Shown here: positions 33,784-45,961 of the stretch, piece after piece
Layout of the letters: every line of letters begins with the position of its first letter
How positions within the stretch are numbered: the first letter of the stretch is position 1
Assembly: GCA_963695855.1 (NCBI GenBank)
Contig: CAVOHZ010000010.1
Coordinates: forward strand, 1,632,001-1,696,000
Direction of reading: 5' to 3'
Source: an uncultured Nitrososphaerales archaeon
GTDB lineage: Archaea; Thermoproteota; Nitrososphaeria; Nitrososphaerales; Nitrososphaeraceae
DNA length: 64,000 nt
Program-made: the position numbers and the translations under genes
Notes under the pieces: model-generated
Told to the model about the DNA's origin: nothing
What the model saw: the letters and a program-made list of their open reading frames with translations, nothing else
Database searches by the model: none

Positions 33784-33963
33784 ACAAAGATTGACTATAT
33801 ACGAATGTTAACATTATAATATTTGTTAACTGAATTATGACCCAGTCTCAGTTATCTATATACATGGAATTCTTTTCATAAATTTATTCCATTTCTTTGC
33901 TGATATTATTTTTTACCTTTCCAATAATTAATTCCTCATTTTTGATCTCATTATTAGGCTGTG

Positions 33964-34623
33964 TTAATTTAAGATAATATTCACCTCCTTTAACCAAAAA
34001 TAATTCTTATTATTTGCTATAGTATCATTATTCATCGAAACAAAGAATTGTATCCAATTATAAACATGAAATAAATTACATTCCTCTTTTTGCCTACAAG
34101 GATAGTAGTCATCAAAACTTTCTATTCTGTCTTTCAAATACTGATTGACTCCTTCCATCAAACTTTTCTGAAATGGTGAATGCAAATAGTGTTTTAATCC
34201 AATTATGTTACATGCTTCATCATACCATGTACCACCGTCAGTATAAACTGTATGTCTGCCATATTTTTCAACCAGTGAACGAATAAATTTTTCAGCAACA
34301 AGCATATTTCTCTCTTCAGAGATATGAATTCCAAGCACTGAACTGTGTACTGGTTCAATACAAAACCATAGCCAGAAATGCCGACCACCAATCTGAATAA
34401 TAGTTTCATCTATTATGAATGCAGATACTCTTTTCCTTTTGTATATCTGCAATGAACCAAACCTTTGTATCCAATTCCAAACAGAAAGATGACTTCTTTT
34501 ATCGTCCTTGAAAATTATTAGTGCTTTAGAAGTATTACGTAAACTGAGACCAAGAAAGTATAGATAAAGAGAATACATTACTACAATTGTGGATGTTCTA
34601 TTTCGTTCAAATCTAATATTCAT
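33964..34623 (-). CDS. IS6-family transposase
   Basis: [37 protein letters not shown]. Confidence 0.88.
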   Translation of the reverse strand: MNIRFERNRTSTIVVMYSLYLYFLGLSLRNTSKALIIFKDDKRSHLSVWNWIQRFGSLQIYKRKRVSAFIIDETIIQIGGRHFWLWFCIEPVHSSVLGIHISEERNMLVAEKFIRSLVEKYGRHTVYTDGGTWYDEACNIIGLKHYLHSPFQKSLMEGVNQYLKDRIESFDDYYPCRQKEECNLFHVYNWIQFFVSMNNDTIANNKNYFWLKEVNIILN

Positions 34624-34944
34624 ACTATATAGATTAGAAATAGAATGTTCACAGCTAAATCTAGATCGTTAACTTAACAGTTGTGTAATCATATTCATTA
34701 GTCCTATCTGTAAGATATCACTTATCCTTCTCCCATGTTTCTCATAGTATTATATACTCAGCTAAAGCTCTATCTATCAGGAAATAATTATCAAAGAGGC
34801 AAATAGTAGTTTACTATAATTGTGAATCTCTGCATTTACATGACTCTTGATACAGCCCTATTTTAGGATTGAAGGCAACCCAAACAAATATCTAAGAATG
34901 CATTTTCTTTTGATTTTAATCATGCTAGTGTGTCAAAAGTGGTA

Positions 34945-35305
34945 GTTTCAAACCTATTTTAGTCAAATTCAAACGGTGTCAAATTACACAAATGTGTAGG
35001 TTTAGAAGGAAAGTAAACCTATTTTAGTCAAATTCAAACGGTGTCAAAAAATTACACTATTTTAGTCAAATTCAAACGGCAGGTAAAACATGATCCATAA
35101 ATTGCTTTGTTTCAAACTTATTTTAGTCAAGTTCAAACGGTGTCAAAAAATTACACTATTTTAGTCAAATTCAAACGGCAGGTAAAACATGATCCATAAA
35201 TTGCTTTGTTTCAAACTTATTTTAGTCAAGTTCAAACCTTGCTTTTACCAACGGAGATTATATACAATTCCTGGTGGTTCAACCCCTATTTTAGTCAAGT
35301 CAAAC
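34945..35305 (-). CRISPR. Orphan, rearranged CRISPR-like array (7 repeat copies, 2 truncated)
   Basis: 30-bp repeat GTTTCAAACCTATTTTAGTCAAATTCAAAC at 34945, 35010, 35109, 35208, 35276 (variants) and 21-bp partials at 35057, 35156; spacers 35/17/31/17/31/38 bp; reverse complement ends TTGAAAC; no adjacent cas genes. Confidence 0.75.
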
Positions 35306-35364
35306 TTTTCCGCTTTTTAATCCCCAATATGTGAACTTCTAATATCCTTAGAACCTAACATTCA

Positions 35365-35409
35365 ATGGAGAGGATGGGATTTGAACCCGTTACTGCTAGT
35401 CATGGGATT
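35365..35409 (-). repeat. tRNA 3'-end-like motif, copy A (possible att site)
   Basis: Minus strand GGGTTCAAATCCCATCCTCTCCA = T-arm plus acceptor 3' strand. Confidence 0.7.
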
Positions 35410-35832
35410 GCTCTGATGAAACAAGATATTATATTAACTCTTACGAACTAACTAGCTGAAGTCATAAAGAGAATATTCTCAGCTATAGCTTTTGCTGCTT
35501 ATCTGAAGAGTCAAAATTATATTGTTACTTCTCCTGTTCACAAATAATCATAGTAATAATTCAATTAATTGACAATTGTTGGATTAAAAAAGCAATTTAG
35601 TAAGTAAAAAATCTAAATTAATTTTCTTATTTTTTTATGAAATGTCATATCATAGGTAAAATGTAATATCACTTATTTTGTCAATAAAGCTAAATAATAA
35701 CTGTTTTCATCATCTCATAGTTAAATGTAGTTTATAAAACTATTATCCTATGTAGGTATTAATAGATTTTTCTTCCAAGTGATGTTTATTTCCAAAAAAT
35801 TATTATATTAATTTTGTATAGATCTGTCCTCT

Positions 35833-36387
35833 TTGAAATCGAATTATAAGAATACTATCGGTATCTTGGGGTTAATTATATCTTTTTTTGGCACCATCTT
35901 CTTTGGCTTAGGAACAATATATAGATCTGAAGAATCATTTTCATCATCTTTTCTAATATGTATTATAGGAATAATATTAGTAGGGTGGTGGCTTAAGCAC
36001 GTAAAAAGAATTGGAATAAAGATTGCAATGACTATTTTGTTAATGGGTCAGTTATTAATATTTTTATTTCCTGAAAGTATTTTCAGTTTAGATAGAAATT
36101 ATGTTAACAATATGACATTTTTTGTTTTTATAGTCTTCCTCATTGGCATTATTGTGTCTATTAAATGTATTAGAAAAAGATATAAAATACGTCAAAACTT
36201 TTCAAAATCTATAAAGAATCAGATACTTCAAAAACAGAAACACAAATGTGCAGTATGCAGAGAAATGCCTCCATTATTTCACTTTGATCATAAGGATGGA
36301 AATAGATCTAATAATGGTTTAAAGAATTGTCAGGCTTTATGTCCAAATTGTCATTCAATAAAAACATTAAGACATATAAGAAGATAG
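35833..36387 (+). CDS. Membrane-anchored HNH endonuclease-domain protein
   Basis: 4 TM helices then CAVC...FDHKDGNRSNN...QALCPNCH. Confidence 0.85.
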   Translation: MKSNYKNTIGILGLIISFFGTIFFGLGTIYRSEESFSSSFLICIIGIILVGWWLKHVKRIGIKIAMTILLMGQLLIFLFPESIFSLDRNYVNNMTFFVFIVFLIGIIVSIKCIRKRYKIRQNFSKSIKNQILQKQKHKCAVCREMPPLFHFDHKDGNRSNNGLKNCQALCPNCHSIKTLRHIRR

Positions 36388-36499
36388 AAAAAATGATATA
36401 TAAAATTAAAATCAAGGAAATTAGTTCATTTACTTTTTTACATGATTTGGTGCTGTTAGAAGTAATATATCCGATTTTAAATGAACCCTTATTTTGATT

Positions 36500-36870
36500 G
36501 TTACATTTATAGATGAACGGTAACCTAATCCAATTCTATACATACTTTGGATTAGATTTTTATTTTTTGTAAAGAAAAAATCACGAAGACATTCTGTTCT
36601 GTGAAATACTGTATTACTCTTTCTTTCCTTTCAATTAAACTTTTTTTCTAAAGGTCCGTGCAACTGATCTTTTAGATCTAGAAAATACATTTCTATGTAT
36701 ATCATGTGCCACCATCTGTGTATACGACATATCTTTCATACTTGTCAATTAGTAAATACATAAAATTATCTGCCACAAACATGTTTGTTCCCTTGGAAAT
36801 ATGTATTCCAAGCACAGATTTGTGGTGCTTCAATTACAAACCCAAAATCAGTAATGATAATCCCATTAGA
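36500..36870 (-). pseudogene. Degraded IS6 transposase remnant
   Basis: Similar to 34200-34400 (GIHIS, YTDGGT) with stops and frameshifts; limits approximate. Confidence 0.65.
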
Positions 36871-37467
36871 ATATGATACAGCTAAATCCATTTTCTTAAA
36901 TTAATAACCTCGTTAAAGTATTTCATACAAAATTAAAGTGTTAAATATCATAATGTCGTATAATCTACTAACCACTGAATAATTTGTCTATAGCGAATCT
37001 CTGTAGCTATATCCTTCCACAATCTAATGCCAACATAATGCCTCGTTACAACCTATGGACAACTTCGATACTCACATTCGGTGGTGTTGGAGAGAAAGAT
37101 CTAGAATAACTATATTGATATCCAACCATTGCGGCATGGTAGATATCTTTAATTACTTTCACAAACTCTCCAACGACATTCTTAAGTTTCAAGTTTGAAT
37201 TTAAGGGCAATATGATAAATCAACAAGTCTAAAAAAGTTAAAAGTAAATACAGAATAAAAGACAAGTATGAATTATCATCTAATTTAAGGTTGCTTGAAG
37301 AAAATCAATTATTACTATTCAAACAAAAAATAGAGCAAGATAAAGCATGTAAAAGTACACACGATTCTTATAGAAAATGTCATCTTAATTAGAATTATTT
37401 TCTCAAGATAAACATATTGTATGTATATACATGGATTCAGGGGGGATTTTTGTTTATTTGTTTTTAT

Positions 37468-37605
37468 TTATTTGATCTTGATTTCCATTGTCGGTTCTTC
37501 CTCCAAGTCTTTTTCTTTTCTTGTCGCAAAGAACTTGAATACTAATACTGCTGCTGCTAGTGCTAAACCACTTACAGTTGATAGAAGAAATATTTCACAA
37601 CTCAC
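37468..37605 (-). CDS. 45-aa single-TM micro-protein (not in ORF track)
   Basis: MSCEIFLLSTVSGLALAAAVLVFKFFATRKEKDLEEEPTMEIKIK. Confidence 0.45.
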   Translation of the reverse strand: MSCEIFLLSTVSGLALAAAVLVFKFFATRKEKDLEEEPTMEIKIK

Positions 37606-37665
37606 TTATCTTACATATTATATTAAACAACAAATTATTTTAATATTTTCTCAAAATTGAACTAA

Positions 37666-38555
37666 GAGTTTATCCCAAAATTAACCTCTATATACAATAA
37701 GGCTATTGGCTAGTTGTACAAGACCAAGATAGTTCTCATCTTTCTTTTCATATCTTGTAAATAATTTCCTAAATCTATTGTTATGTCATGAATTTGTTCT
37801 TTCTACAACCCATCTCCTTGTTGGCTGTTTATTGTTGTGTTTCTTTTTTTCTCTTCTAAATCGTATGTGAGGAATGTATCCTCTCTTGGTAATTTCTTGC
37901 TCTACTTCTTTGGAATGATATGCTTTATCAAGACATAGATTCTGTTTCTTTATCTCATCCGATTTGTATGATGGTCTTCTGATTACAATATTATCAATTG
38001 TATTTGTTGCAACAGTGGCATCATGAGTATTTGCAGATATTATAATTGCAGACAAAGGAATGCCATCATTATCTGTTAGAATATGTCTTTTGGTTCCTAA
38101 TTTGCCTCTATCAGTTGGATTATGTCCAGTCATCACTCCCCTAAAGGCGATTTTACAGATATACTATCAAGTGATTGCCAGTTCCATCTCATTCCTTTCC
38201 TGGTATCATATTTTTGTAGCAATCTTGTCCAGACCCTATGAAAAATACCTGATTGCCTCCATTCTTGAAATCTTCTATGACATGTTGAACCAGAACCATA
38301 CTCTTTAGATAACATTTTCCATTGACAGCCAGTTCTGAGGATAACATTATCCCATCAATTACTTTTCTATATGGAACAATTGGCCTTCCTATAGTGTTAC
38401 TTGGTTTCTATTCTAGTAAAATATTTTTAATCTCATTCCATAAATCGTCAGGAATACGTGTAATTGTTCTAACAGACTTTTTACTCTTAATCAACATTAC
38501 CATGTATGATATAAAACTAAAGAGCTATATTCCTATCTATTTTTGGGATAGGCTC
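37666..38555 (-). mobile_element. IS5-family (IS1031/IS427-like) element with disrupted transposase
   Basis: TIRs GAGTTTATCCCAAAA / GAGCCTATCCCAAAA with TAA flanks; GSGSTCHRRFQEW, DRGKLGTKRH, LDKAY, RWVVERTNS*; frameshifts and internal TGA. Confidence 0.88.
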
Positions 38556-38629
38556 TAAGTATATCAAAGGATTAATTTTTATTTATTTATACGACAAATT
38601 TTTTTACTAATTTATTTTATACATTTTAT

Positions 38630-38791
38630 AAAATAAGTTAGTTTATTAGTGTTTATTATTATCTATATTTTGGGGTCCAGTACTATTATTGTTACTGTGG
38701 AGTAAGAGTTTCTATCTATCTAATGTTATAATATAAGTGAAAGGTGAAAATATATTTTTATATATATATAATTTTATTGCTCTAGCGATAT
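38630..38791 (-). repeat. ~165-bp inverted homolog of 46013-46177
   Basis: Reverse complement shares TATCGCTAGAG-AATAAAATTATATATATATA, AGATAGATAGAAACTC, CTTACTCCACAGTAACAATA, CCCAAAATATAGAT, ACACTAATAAA. Confidence 0.8.
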
Positions 38792-38829
38792 CTCTTACCA
38801 ATCTTAGATAAAACGAAGTAAGATACACC

Positions 38830-39057
38830 ATGAAGATAATACATTTGAAATTTAAGTACTTGCAAAGAACTGATGAGAGAAGACATACCTTTACTACAAA
38901 ATGGTGTCCTCGTTGCCTGGAAGTAGGAATTTTTGTTCAATTGGGTCCGCGCCTTTACAAGAAGGAGGAATTAATTGACGGTGAATTACCACACGACTGT
39001 TATTACTGGTTAGAGTGTCGTGATTGCGGATATATAGTCAAAGATTATTTTAATTAG
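38830..39057 (+). CDS. Small zinc-finger protein
   Basis: WCPRC...LGPRLY...WLECRDCG. Confidence 0.65.
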   Translation: MKIIHLKFKYLQRTDERRHTFTTKWCPRCLEVGIFVQLGPRLYKKEELIDGELPHDCYYWLECRDCGYIVKDYFN

Positions 39058-39237
39058 TTAATTAGTATATCATTACGCTAGTGATATCTAGAATTTTCCT
39101 TCAATGTGGTTCAAAAATGTTATTTCATTTAGAATATTTAAGATGAAATTCCAATATTATATAGTATGTCTTGTATGAAGTTATGAAGGACGAAAAGAGT
39201 TATCTATAAGACAACATGAAAGATATTGACTTTCATA

Positions 39238-39435
39238 TTATTGTGATGTTTTCAAATTTGTTGAAATAGATTCAATGTTATACAGAATTAAGTTTATTGA
39301 TAAGATATCTACCTTAGAATTGGTGTTAAAATCTACAAATTTTTCTTGGGTTTGACCAAATACTACATTTAAGGTTAAACCTATGATTACTAAAATTATT
39401 GAAATTATAACTACATATAGATTGAACCTTTGCAT
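39238..39435 (-). CDS. Small secreted protein or fragment
   Basis: Signal-peptide-like N-terminus ending VFGQ. Confidence 0.4.
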   Translation of the reverse strand: MQRFNLYVVIISIILVIIGLTLNVVFGQTQEKFVDFNTNSKVDILSINLILYNIESISTNLKTSQ

Positions 39436-39662
39436 TTATTCGCTGATCGAGTTAATCGAATAATTGATATAAGGTAGAGTCTTTGTATATGATAAAAATT
39501 CATTTCGTTTTTTTTTTAAAAATTTTTAAATTCTTTATCATATTTGTCTAGTTATTTTAAAATTTAAACTAGAATATACTGTATTTAATTGTATATAACG
39601 AAAGGAAAAGTACATAGTTAATAGTATTAATCTTAATATCCTTAGTATTCCTGTAGATAACC

Positions 39663-40109
39663 ATGTCTACAAATACAAATGAAATTGCAAAGTCAATAAA
39701 TAAATTTCAAGATGAATCCAGAAAGATATACGAAAATAATATTGAAAGAATAAATCAATACCAGAACCAAATTATTGATACAAGTAAACACATTGCTGAT
39801 AACTATATTGAATTACAAAAGAATACAGTCAATATTTATCAATCGGCATATAGTCAAATCCTTGAAAATTTATCCCATTCATATTGGAAGGATTCAAATG
39901 TTCCAGAAAGATTTACTGATGCATATAATACAATCAACAAAAATATTCTTGATAATATTACCGATACAACAAATTTCATCAATGAAATTGTTTCAAGAAA
40001 TATAGAAACGGCCAACAAATCTATTGAATATGCACAAAGATATTTCAACGATACAACTCGAAATTACTTCAACTATATCAGAAAATTAGAAAGACCTTAC
40101 AACAGATAA
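39663..40109 (+). CDS. Amphipathic helical protein (phasin-like)
   Basis: N/Q/Y-rich helical repeats; function inferred only. Confidence 0.6.
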   Translation: MSTNTNEIAKSINKFQDESRKIYENNIERINQYQNQIIDTSKHIADNYIELQKNTVNIYQSAYSQILENLSHSYWKDSNVPERFTDAYNTINKNILDNITDTTNFINEIVSRNIETANKSIEYAQRYFNDTTRNYFNYIRKLERPYNR

Positions 40110-40655
40110 ATCCTTCATTTTTTGTACTATAATAATCTGTATTGTTATATTCTGATATTTTTTAAATTATAGATTTTTTTATTTATTTTATTTATCAATG
40201 GCAATTTAAAATTTCATTTTTTTCAATAATAAATATATTCTCTTAATATAATCATCTTCTAAAGTCATCTTTATCGAGATTAAGGTTTATTATATATATC
40301 ATTTGTATAATCAGAATTGTTACCAAATTCTAAATGTTAAAGGAGTTTATACTGATCGTCAATAATTTTTTTATCCGTAATTTATAACAATCTATTATGG
40401 TGCTATTTGATTTTGTCGTTTCTATTGAAAATTAAATATCAGAAAAGTCATCATATTTTGAATATTAGCAAATATCACATATTTCAATAAACTTAAAAAC
40501 TTAAATTAATAATTAAATATTTCATTTTAGACTAGGATATAAGAATAAACTATTATATAATATCAATCTATTTTTCTAGTTTCTAATTTTTTAAACTTTC
40601 AAAAATTGAAGTTTTATCTTCCTGAAATTTATCTATAAGTTTTTTAATAGAATTT

Positions 40656-41084
40656 TTGATTCTTAGACTTCGACCATATGAAATCAAAGTAGTCCTTGTT
40701 GAGCCAGGAGTTATTAATACTAATTTTGTGTCAAATATTAAATTTCCCAATAAAACGAATGATAACAAATCACAAGAAACTTTAATGAAACAAGAAAAAT
40801 CAGAAACTAATTACTTTAGTAATGATATTAAGAAAAAGAATTCTTTATATTATTCTAATACTATAGATAGATTTCTATCTTATTATTATCCTTCTATGAA
40901 GAATGCTTCACCACCAAAAGAAGTTGGTACTGTAATACTTCAAGCAATTAAAAATGCTTTAAATTCTTCAGAATCATTGTTCAGATATGTAGTAGGAGAA
41001 GATGCTAAAACTTTTGCACAAGCAAAAAAGAATATGTCTGATTCACAATTACATGAGTTTATTTCTTATAGATTACTAGGTTAA
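40656..41084 (+). pseudogene. C-terminal fragment of a short-chain dehydrogenase (SDR)
   Basis: LRPYEIKVVLVEPGVINTNF and RYVVGEDAK; Rossmann N-terminus absent. Confidence 0.75.
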
Positions 41085-41743
41085 GTATATTACCATTCTA
41101 AACCTATGAAATGTTGAAATATCTTTCGTCATTTTTACTAACAGGAAAAGCACTTTTTGATGTTGGTAGATACAGAAAAATATCCCGTTGAAAAGAAGTT
41201 TTCAGTATTGTCCTATTAAAGGCAATAGATTGTAACTCAAAGAGAAGAGATGAAAGAATTTCCTTTATTGGACTGAACACTGGTACGGTAAAGACTGACA
41301 GAGTAAAAAGATAGCACCGGTAACAGAGCATGAAGAAGACAGGTATATGGAACAGGAGTTGGAGCATGTAATAGAGACAGATAGTAGCCTACCAGAAAAG
41401 TGAACAGTATGAAGTCTACTATATTCTTTTCAGCGAGACCGATAGAGGAAATAATTGTTAAATCAACATATGACAATAAGGGACAGATTCGATTTATGTG
41501 AAACACCAACAGTTAGAAACCATCAATTCTCTTATGACTAATTCGTTAACACTTCATGTGATGAATTGTGATGAATGCATTTCGATGATAATGACGAATA
41601 GTGCACCTGCTAGATACGAATACGATAAGAAACAACAGAAGAAGAAAGATGCCGAAGTTTAGAAATAGAACAAGCAGTATTCCTAGCTTGTTTTTGAGAA
41701 ATTTTCCATAAATAATTAAATAAAACCAAATCGTAATAAATAC

Positions 41744-42019
41744 ATGAGATATATACTAATAATTTTATTATTAGCGGCTACTGGTGTATATTTTAGTCTA
41801 CCAGTTATTTCTGCACAATTTACTGCCGATATAATGATTACAGATATGCGTACTACTCACGCAATTCTGGAAAAAAATGTAGGTGAAGTAATTACATTAC
41901 TAAAAAATAACAATACGGCTGAAGCCCTAAACCTGCTCGACGGTGTGAAAATGAAAGTTCATCACATGAATTCGATGTTCGATGATCTTGTGTGGGAATT
42001 GTCCAATAGAGGACATTAA
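41744..42019 (+). CDS. Small secreted helical protein
   Basis: Signal peptide ending ISAQ; helical body. Confidence 0.65.
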   Translation: MRYILIILLLAATGVYFSLPVISAQFTADIMITDMRTTHAILEKNVGEVITLLKNNNTAEALNLLDGVKMKVHHMNSMFDDLVWELSNRGH

Positions 42020-42251
42020 TCTACTGTATGATAATAAAACCCTTTATTATTATTTTTCTCATAGAAGTATAACTATAATAATAATTAATTATTTGGGAAC
42101 CGAGTTACTTTCTATTTCTTTTTCCTTTTGTATTTTTTCCTAATCAAGTATTAACAATTTTCTATTATTTTTGTTGTTACAAAATTTATCTAATTTAGTA
42201 AATTATGAAAATTTAAAGAAATAAAAATAAGTTAAAAAAAAATTCTTATTA

Positions 42252-42887
42252 TTATTCTACTTTAATTTCTTTTCCTTTAGGCTTTGTCTGTTTCTTTTTG
42301 TTAAATACTATTTCCAGAATTCCGTTATTGTATATAGATCTGACAGTTTCAATATCTGCTTCTGTTGGTAAATCTATTAATTTACGATATTTTCTTTGTG
42401 GATCATCACTTGATATTTCTACAGAATTCTCATAAGCATTTATCTTTATATTTTCTTTTTTTATACCTGGCATTTCTACTACGATTTTGACTTCTTTATC
42501 TGTAGATGATACATCAACTAAAGGTTCTCTTTCTGAAGAAATTGATGGCTGTTGGAAGAATCCTCCATTTCCAGCAAAATGAGATTTTACGTTACCAAAT
42601 TCTCTTATATTTGGCTTTCCATCAGATCCTATGGTCATTGAATATCCATATACTATTGGACCTACTTGTCTAACTTTTCCACCTTCTGGTGTTTCGTATT
42701 CTTTAACCAAATCTTTTGGTACTCTGTTTTCAATATTTTTAAATTGTTCAGAAAATGTTCTTTCAATGTCTTTTCTCATTTCATCAAATTCTGTAAATAT
42801 ATCGTCAAAGTTCCAGCTGCCAAAAGTCTTTCGTCCACTAAAAAATTTCTTATACCACTCATATGGAATTATATCTCTATTACTCAT
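42252..42887 (-). CDS. Small heat shock protein Hsp20
   Basis: GPIVYGYSMTIGSDGKPNIREFGN, REPLVDV, EMPGI, YNNGILEI; ATG at 42887. Confidence 0.93.
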   Translation of the reverse strand: MSNRDIIPYEWYKKFFSGRKTFGSWNFDDIFTEFDEMRKDIERTFSEQFKNIENRVPKDLVKEYETPEGGKVRQVGPIVYGYSMTIGSDGKPNIREFGNVKSHFAGNGGFFQQPSISSEREPLVDVSSTDKEVKIVVEMPGIKKENIKINAYENSVEISSDDPQRKYRKLIDLPTEADIETVRSIYNNGILEIVFNKKKQTKPKGKEIKVE

Positions 42888-42954
42888 TGTAATATTCATC
42901 TGTAAATTGTAATATACATTACAATATATAAACCTTATGACATAATTTAGTTGT

Positions 42955-43260
42955 AATAGACTAACATATACAATTATCCTAACTCTTCTTTCACCTGTTT
43001 TTCCCCTTAGAATTAAGATAGCTCCTTTGGTATCAATCAATATATCCTTATTAGAAAGAGTTAGAAATTCTTCTGGTCGAGCACCACTTTCATACATACA
43101 ACCGAGAAATACTTTCTTTTGTAAATTTGGTGCGTTTTCTACTAATTCTGTTAATTCTTCTTCTAAATATTTTTCAATATTTTCTAATCGGATCTCATTA
43201 TTATCATATCTCATAAACTGTAAAAGCTATTTGTCAGCATGTTTATTTCGTGTAATGTCA
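42955..43260 (-). pseudogene. Tyrosine recombinase (integrase) fragment
   Basis: MYESGARPEEFLTL...DI...GKTGERRVRI; catalytic C-terminus missing. Confidence 0.8.
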
Positions 43261-43329
43261 AACTATTGTGAAGTATTCCAGAAGGGAACCTATCGAATGG
43301 CTTAATATCACGTCTGGATATGAATCAGC

Positions 43330-43688
43330 ATGACTCAAGATATACATACTACACTTGACGTTACAGTCAAAGAGGGAAAAATCGAAGAATTTAATAGATT
43401 AGTCGAAGAGATTTGCAAAGCAGTCGAGGATAACGAACCAGGTGCTAAGAGATACCAGTTTTTCCTGATGATAAAACACAGTACGTTCTGAACGAATCAT
43501 ATGTAAATATAGAAGCTGTACTTGCTCATCTTAAAGGTGCCGCAGTTCAAATAATACTTCCAAAGATATTCAATATTTGCAGGATAAACCGGTTTGAAGT
43601 ATTTGGAGATGTCACCGATGAATTGATGAAAACATTAGCACAAATGGGTGGCGTGAATTACCATTTTCTAAATGGTTTTTCTCGGTGA
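43330..43688 (+). pseudogene. Antibiotic-biosynthesis-monooxygenase (ABM)-like protein, frameshifted
   Basis: VKEGKIEEF...NEPGAKRYQFF then shifted frame ESY...AVLAHL...FEVFGD. Confidence 0.7.
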
Positions 43689-43759
43689 AAGTATGCAAAT
43701 TTTGAAATTATTTGCTGTAGGCATCCCATCTGGGTATTCGGTTAAACAAATCACTCGGC

Positions 43760-44868
43760 TAGATTATTTGTCTGTTCTTTTTTATAATCTTCAATTCCAT
43801 ATGCTTCAAGAATTGATTTTCAAGATTCATTGCCAAAGTAATGAAGATAGACTTGAGGCATTCTACTGGACATTGACGATCCAGCATGATCTCTCAAAGT
43901 ATGCTCTTTCAAAATGAAAGACTTTGAAGTTAGAGCAGAACGTCTCTGAATATAAGGAGCCCAAGGTTTTGTTAACAAATTTCTAATGTATGATTTATCT
44001 GCTTCTGGAATGTTAGAATCTTCAAGTAACTTTGGGAAATAGCGTTTTTTATAGCTACGTGTATACTGTTTGTATAATGCATTTAAGTTGTTGTCCAAAA
44101 TTACTATCTGCTAAAGATATAAAAGACATCAGGATTGTTTGCAAGAGGATGAGAATCAATCCAACCTTTGACATAGGGAATTGAAAAAATAAGAGGTTTA
44201 GTCTTGTTTTCTACTATGTCAACTTCTGCATATTCTGTACCATTAGATGATACTTTGAACATGATATCCTTTAATCTTAGGGAAAGTAATTCATGTGACT
44301 TACATGAAGTATCATTTGCCATCGCATGATAACAACGATATCTTTTTTCTGGACAATATTTCAAAAATAGTGCATGATCTTTACTGGTCCATATATCAGA
44401 GGCTTTGTAGGTTGATGTTTGCTTTCTTGAAAGTTGTTTGATCTTGCATACATAGAGGAGTAATGCATTTCTTTTGTTCTAGTTTGCCATTATTTTTAAC
44501 TTTATTATATTGATAGTAGTAATTGTATAACCATCTGTCTGGTGTTGTATGTTCCTATTCATTAATCAGTAGGATTATCTGATTCTGTTTTCTTTAACGA
44601 AGCTAAATAGGAAATTATATCTTTTGTTATTTTTGAAAGTCTTTGTAACGTAGACGTTTATTGAATAAACAAATGACTTTGATATGTGTTGATATTGTAC
44701 TGGATTTAACATTCTAGATATTATATTGTGGTTCAAGAAATTTGTAAGGATCATTAATGTTTTGTAGATTTATAGAAGACATTTTTTTAAAAAGAGAATT
44801 GTAATAATAGTATGAAATCGCTTTTTAGTTAATAACTGGATCTTTTTTCTAAATCTACGATTATGATG
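43760..44868 (-). pseudogene. Second tyrosine integrase, heavily frameshifted
   Basis: IGTYNTRQ, KYCPEKRYRCYHAMANDTSC-HELLSLR, KPWAPYIQRRSALT, LRDHAG...MPQVYLHYFGNES. Confidence 0.85.
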
Positions 44869-44987
44869 CTGTTATTATTATTACTATTACTCAGAACACT
44901 TGCATAACTTGCCCATTACACTTAACAACATAAATTTTGTTTTCCTTAGACTCAGTATATATATGTCTCATAGTGTTTTTCAGGGTA

Positions 44988-45819
44988 ATGAAAAAGAATC
45001 TAATAATATCGTTGTTAATTCCTATCTTATTTTTATGTGTAGGAATGAACTATGTAAACGCTCAAGAACCCAGTCTAAACAATGATTGGCCAAATATTCA
45101 TGAAAATGTAATAACAGATTTCAACTCCAATATATCTTTTCCAACAATTAGTGAAGAGTCTTTCATTCATCCTTTCAGTGTTATAATAGGTGCATGTGAA
45201 ATAAGTAAAATGGTATTTGTTGCACCAACAGCAGTTTGCAGAGGAGATGAAGGAACTCCAATTCATGTAGGCGAATTTTCAAATGTACAAGATGGAGTTG
45301 TTATTCATGGTTTAGAGACTACTAAAAATGGTGCTAATATTGATGATAGACGATTTAGCATAGATGGAGAAAGGCTATTAGGAAATGATTCTAGATTTGA
45401 AAACGGTTATTCGGTATATGTAGGGAATGATGTTAGTTTGGCTCATGGTTCACTAATACATGGTCCAGCATGGGTAGGCGACAATACTTTTGTTGGTATG
45501 GAAAGCATGGTATTTAATGCAAAGGTTGGTAAAGATGTAGCAATTGGTGTTTCCAGGTACTATAACTGGCGGAGTTGTAGTTCCAGATAATAAATTTGTA
45601 CCTCCAGGAACCGTAATAACCACACAAGAACAAGCAGATCAATTACCGGAAAGAATAGGAAGTCCTTATGAAAAGATCAATAAAGAAGTAGTTCATGTAA
45701 ATGAAAAATTTGCAGAAGGATATAGTAAGTTAGATTTAGAGAAAATTGTAAATGAAAGAGAACAGGTAATGGAAGAAGGTATGTTGGAAACTAGTATGCC
45801 ACAACCAAATTCCAATTAA
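44988..45819 (+). pseudogene. Secreted gamma-class carbonic anhydrase (Cam) with one frameshift near 45555
   Basis: RGDEG, SNVQDGVVIH, SLAHGSLIHGP, then TQEQADQLP...VVHVN in another frame. Confidence 0.85.
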
Positions 45820-45961
45820 ATTATTTTTTTATTATTTTTAGGAAACAAAGAAAGATTAAGAAATTATTCTTGCAAAGAAATTGGAAGTTGATCTTTAAAA
45901 CTATTTCTTTAATAAACAGTTTTCTAACTTCATTGGCAGTATAGTCAATCTCGTGAATTGA

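Noticed and set aside
34834-34874. Extra repeat or anti-repeat (CCTATTTTAG-GATTGAAG)
   Set aside because: Only 10 nt match, same orientation and off-period; cannot be supported
42252-43214. Apparent integrase-Hsp20 fusion (320-aa ORF)
   Set aside because: The linker is AT-rich promoter-like DNA, Hsp20 has its own ATG at 42887 and the integrase part lacks its catalytic C-terminus; chance in-frame join
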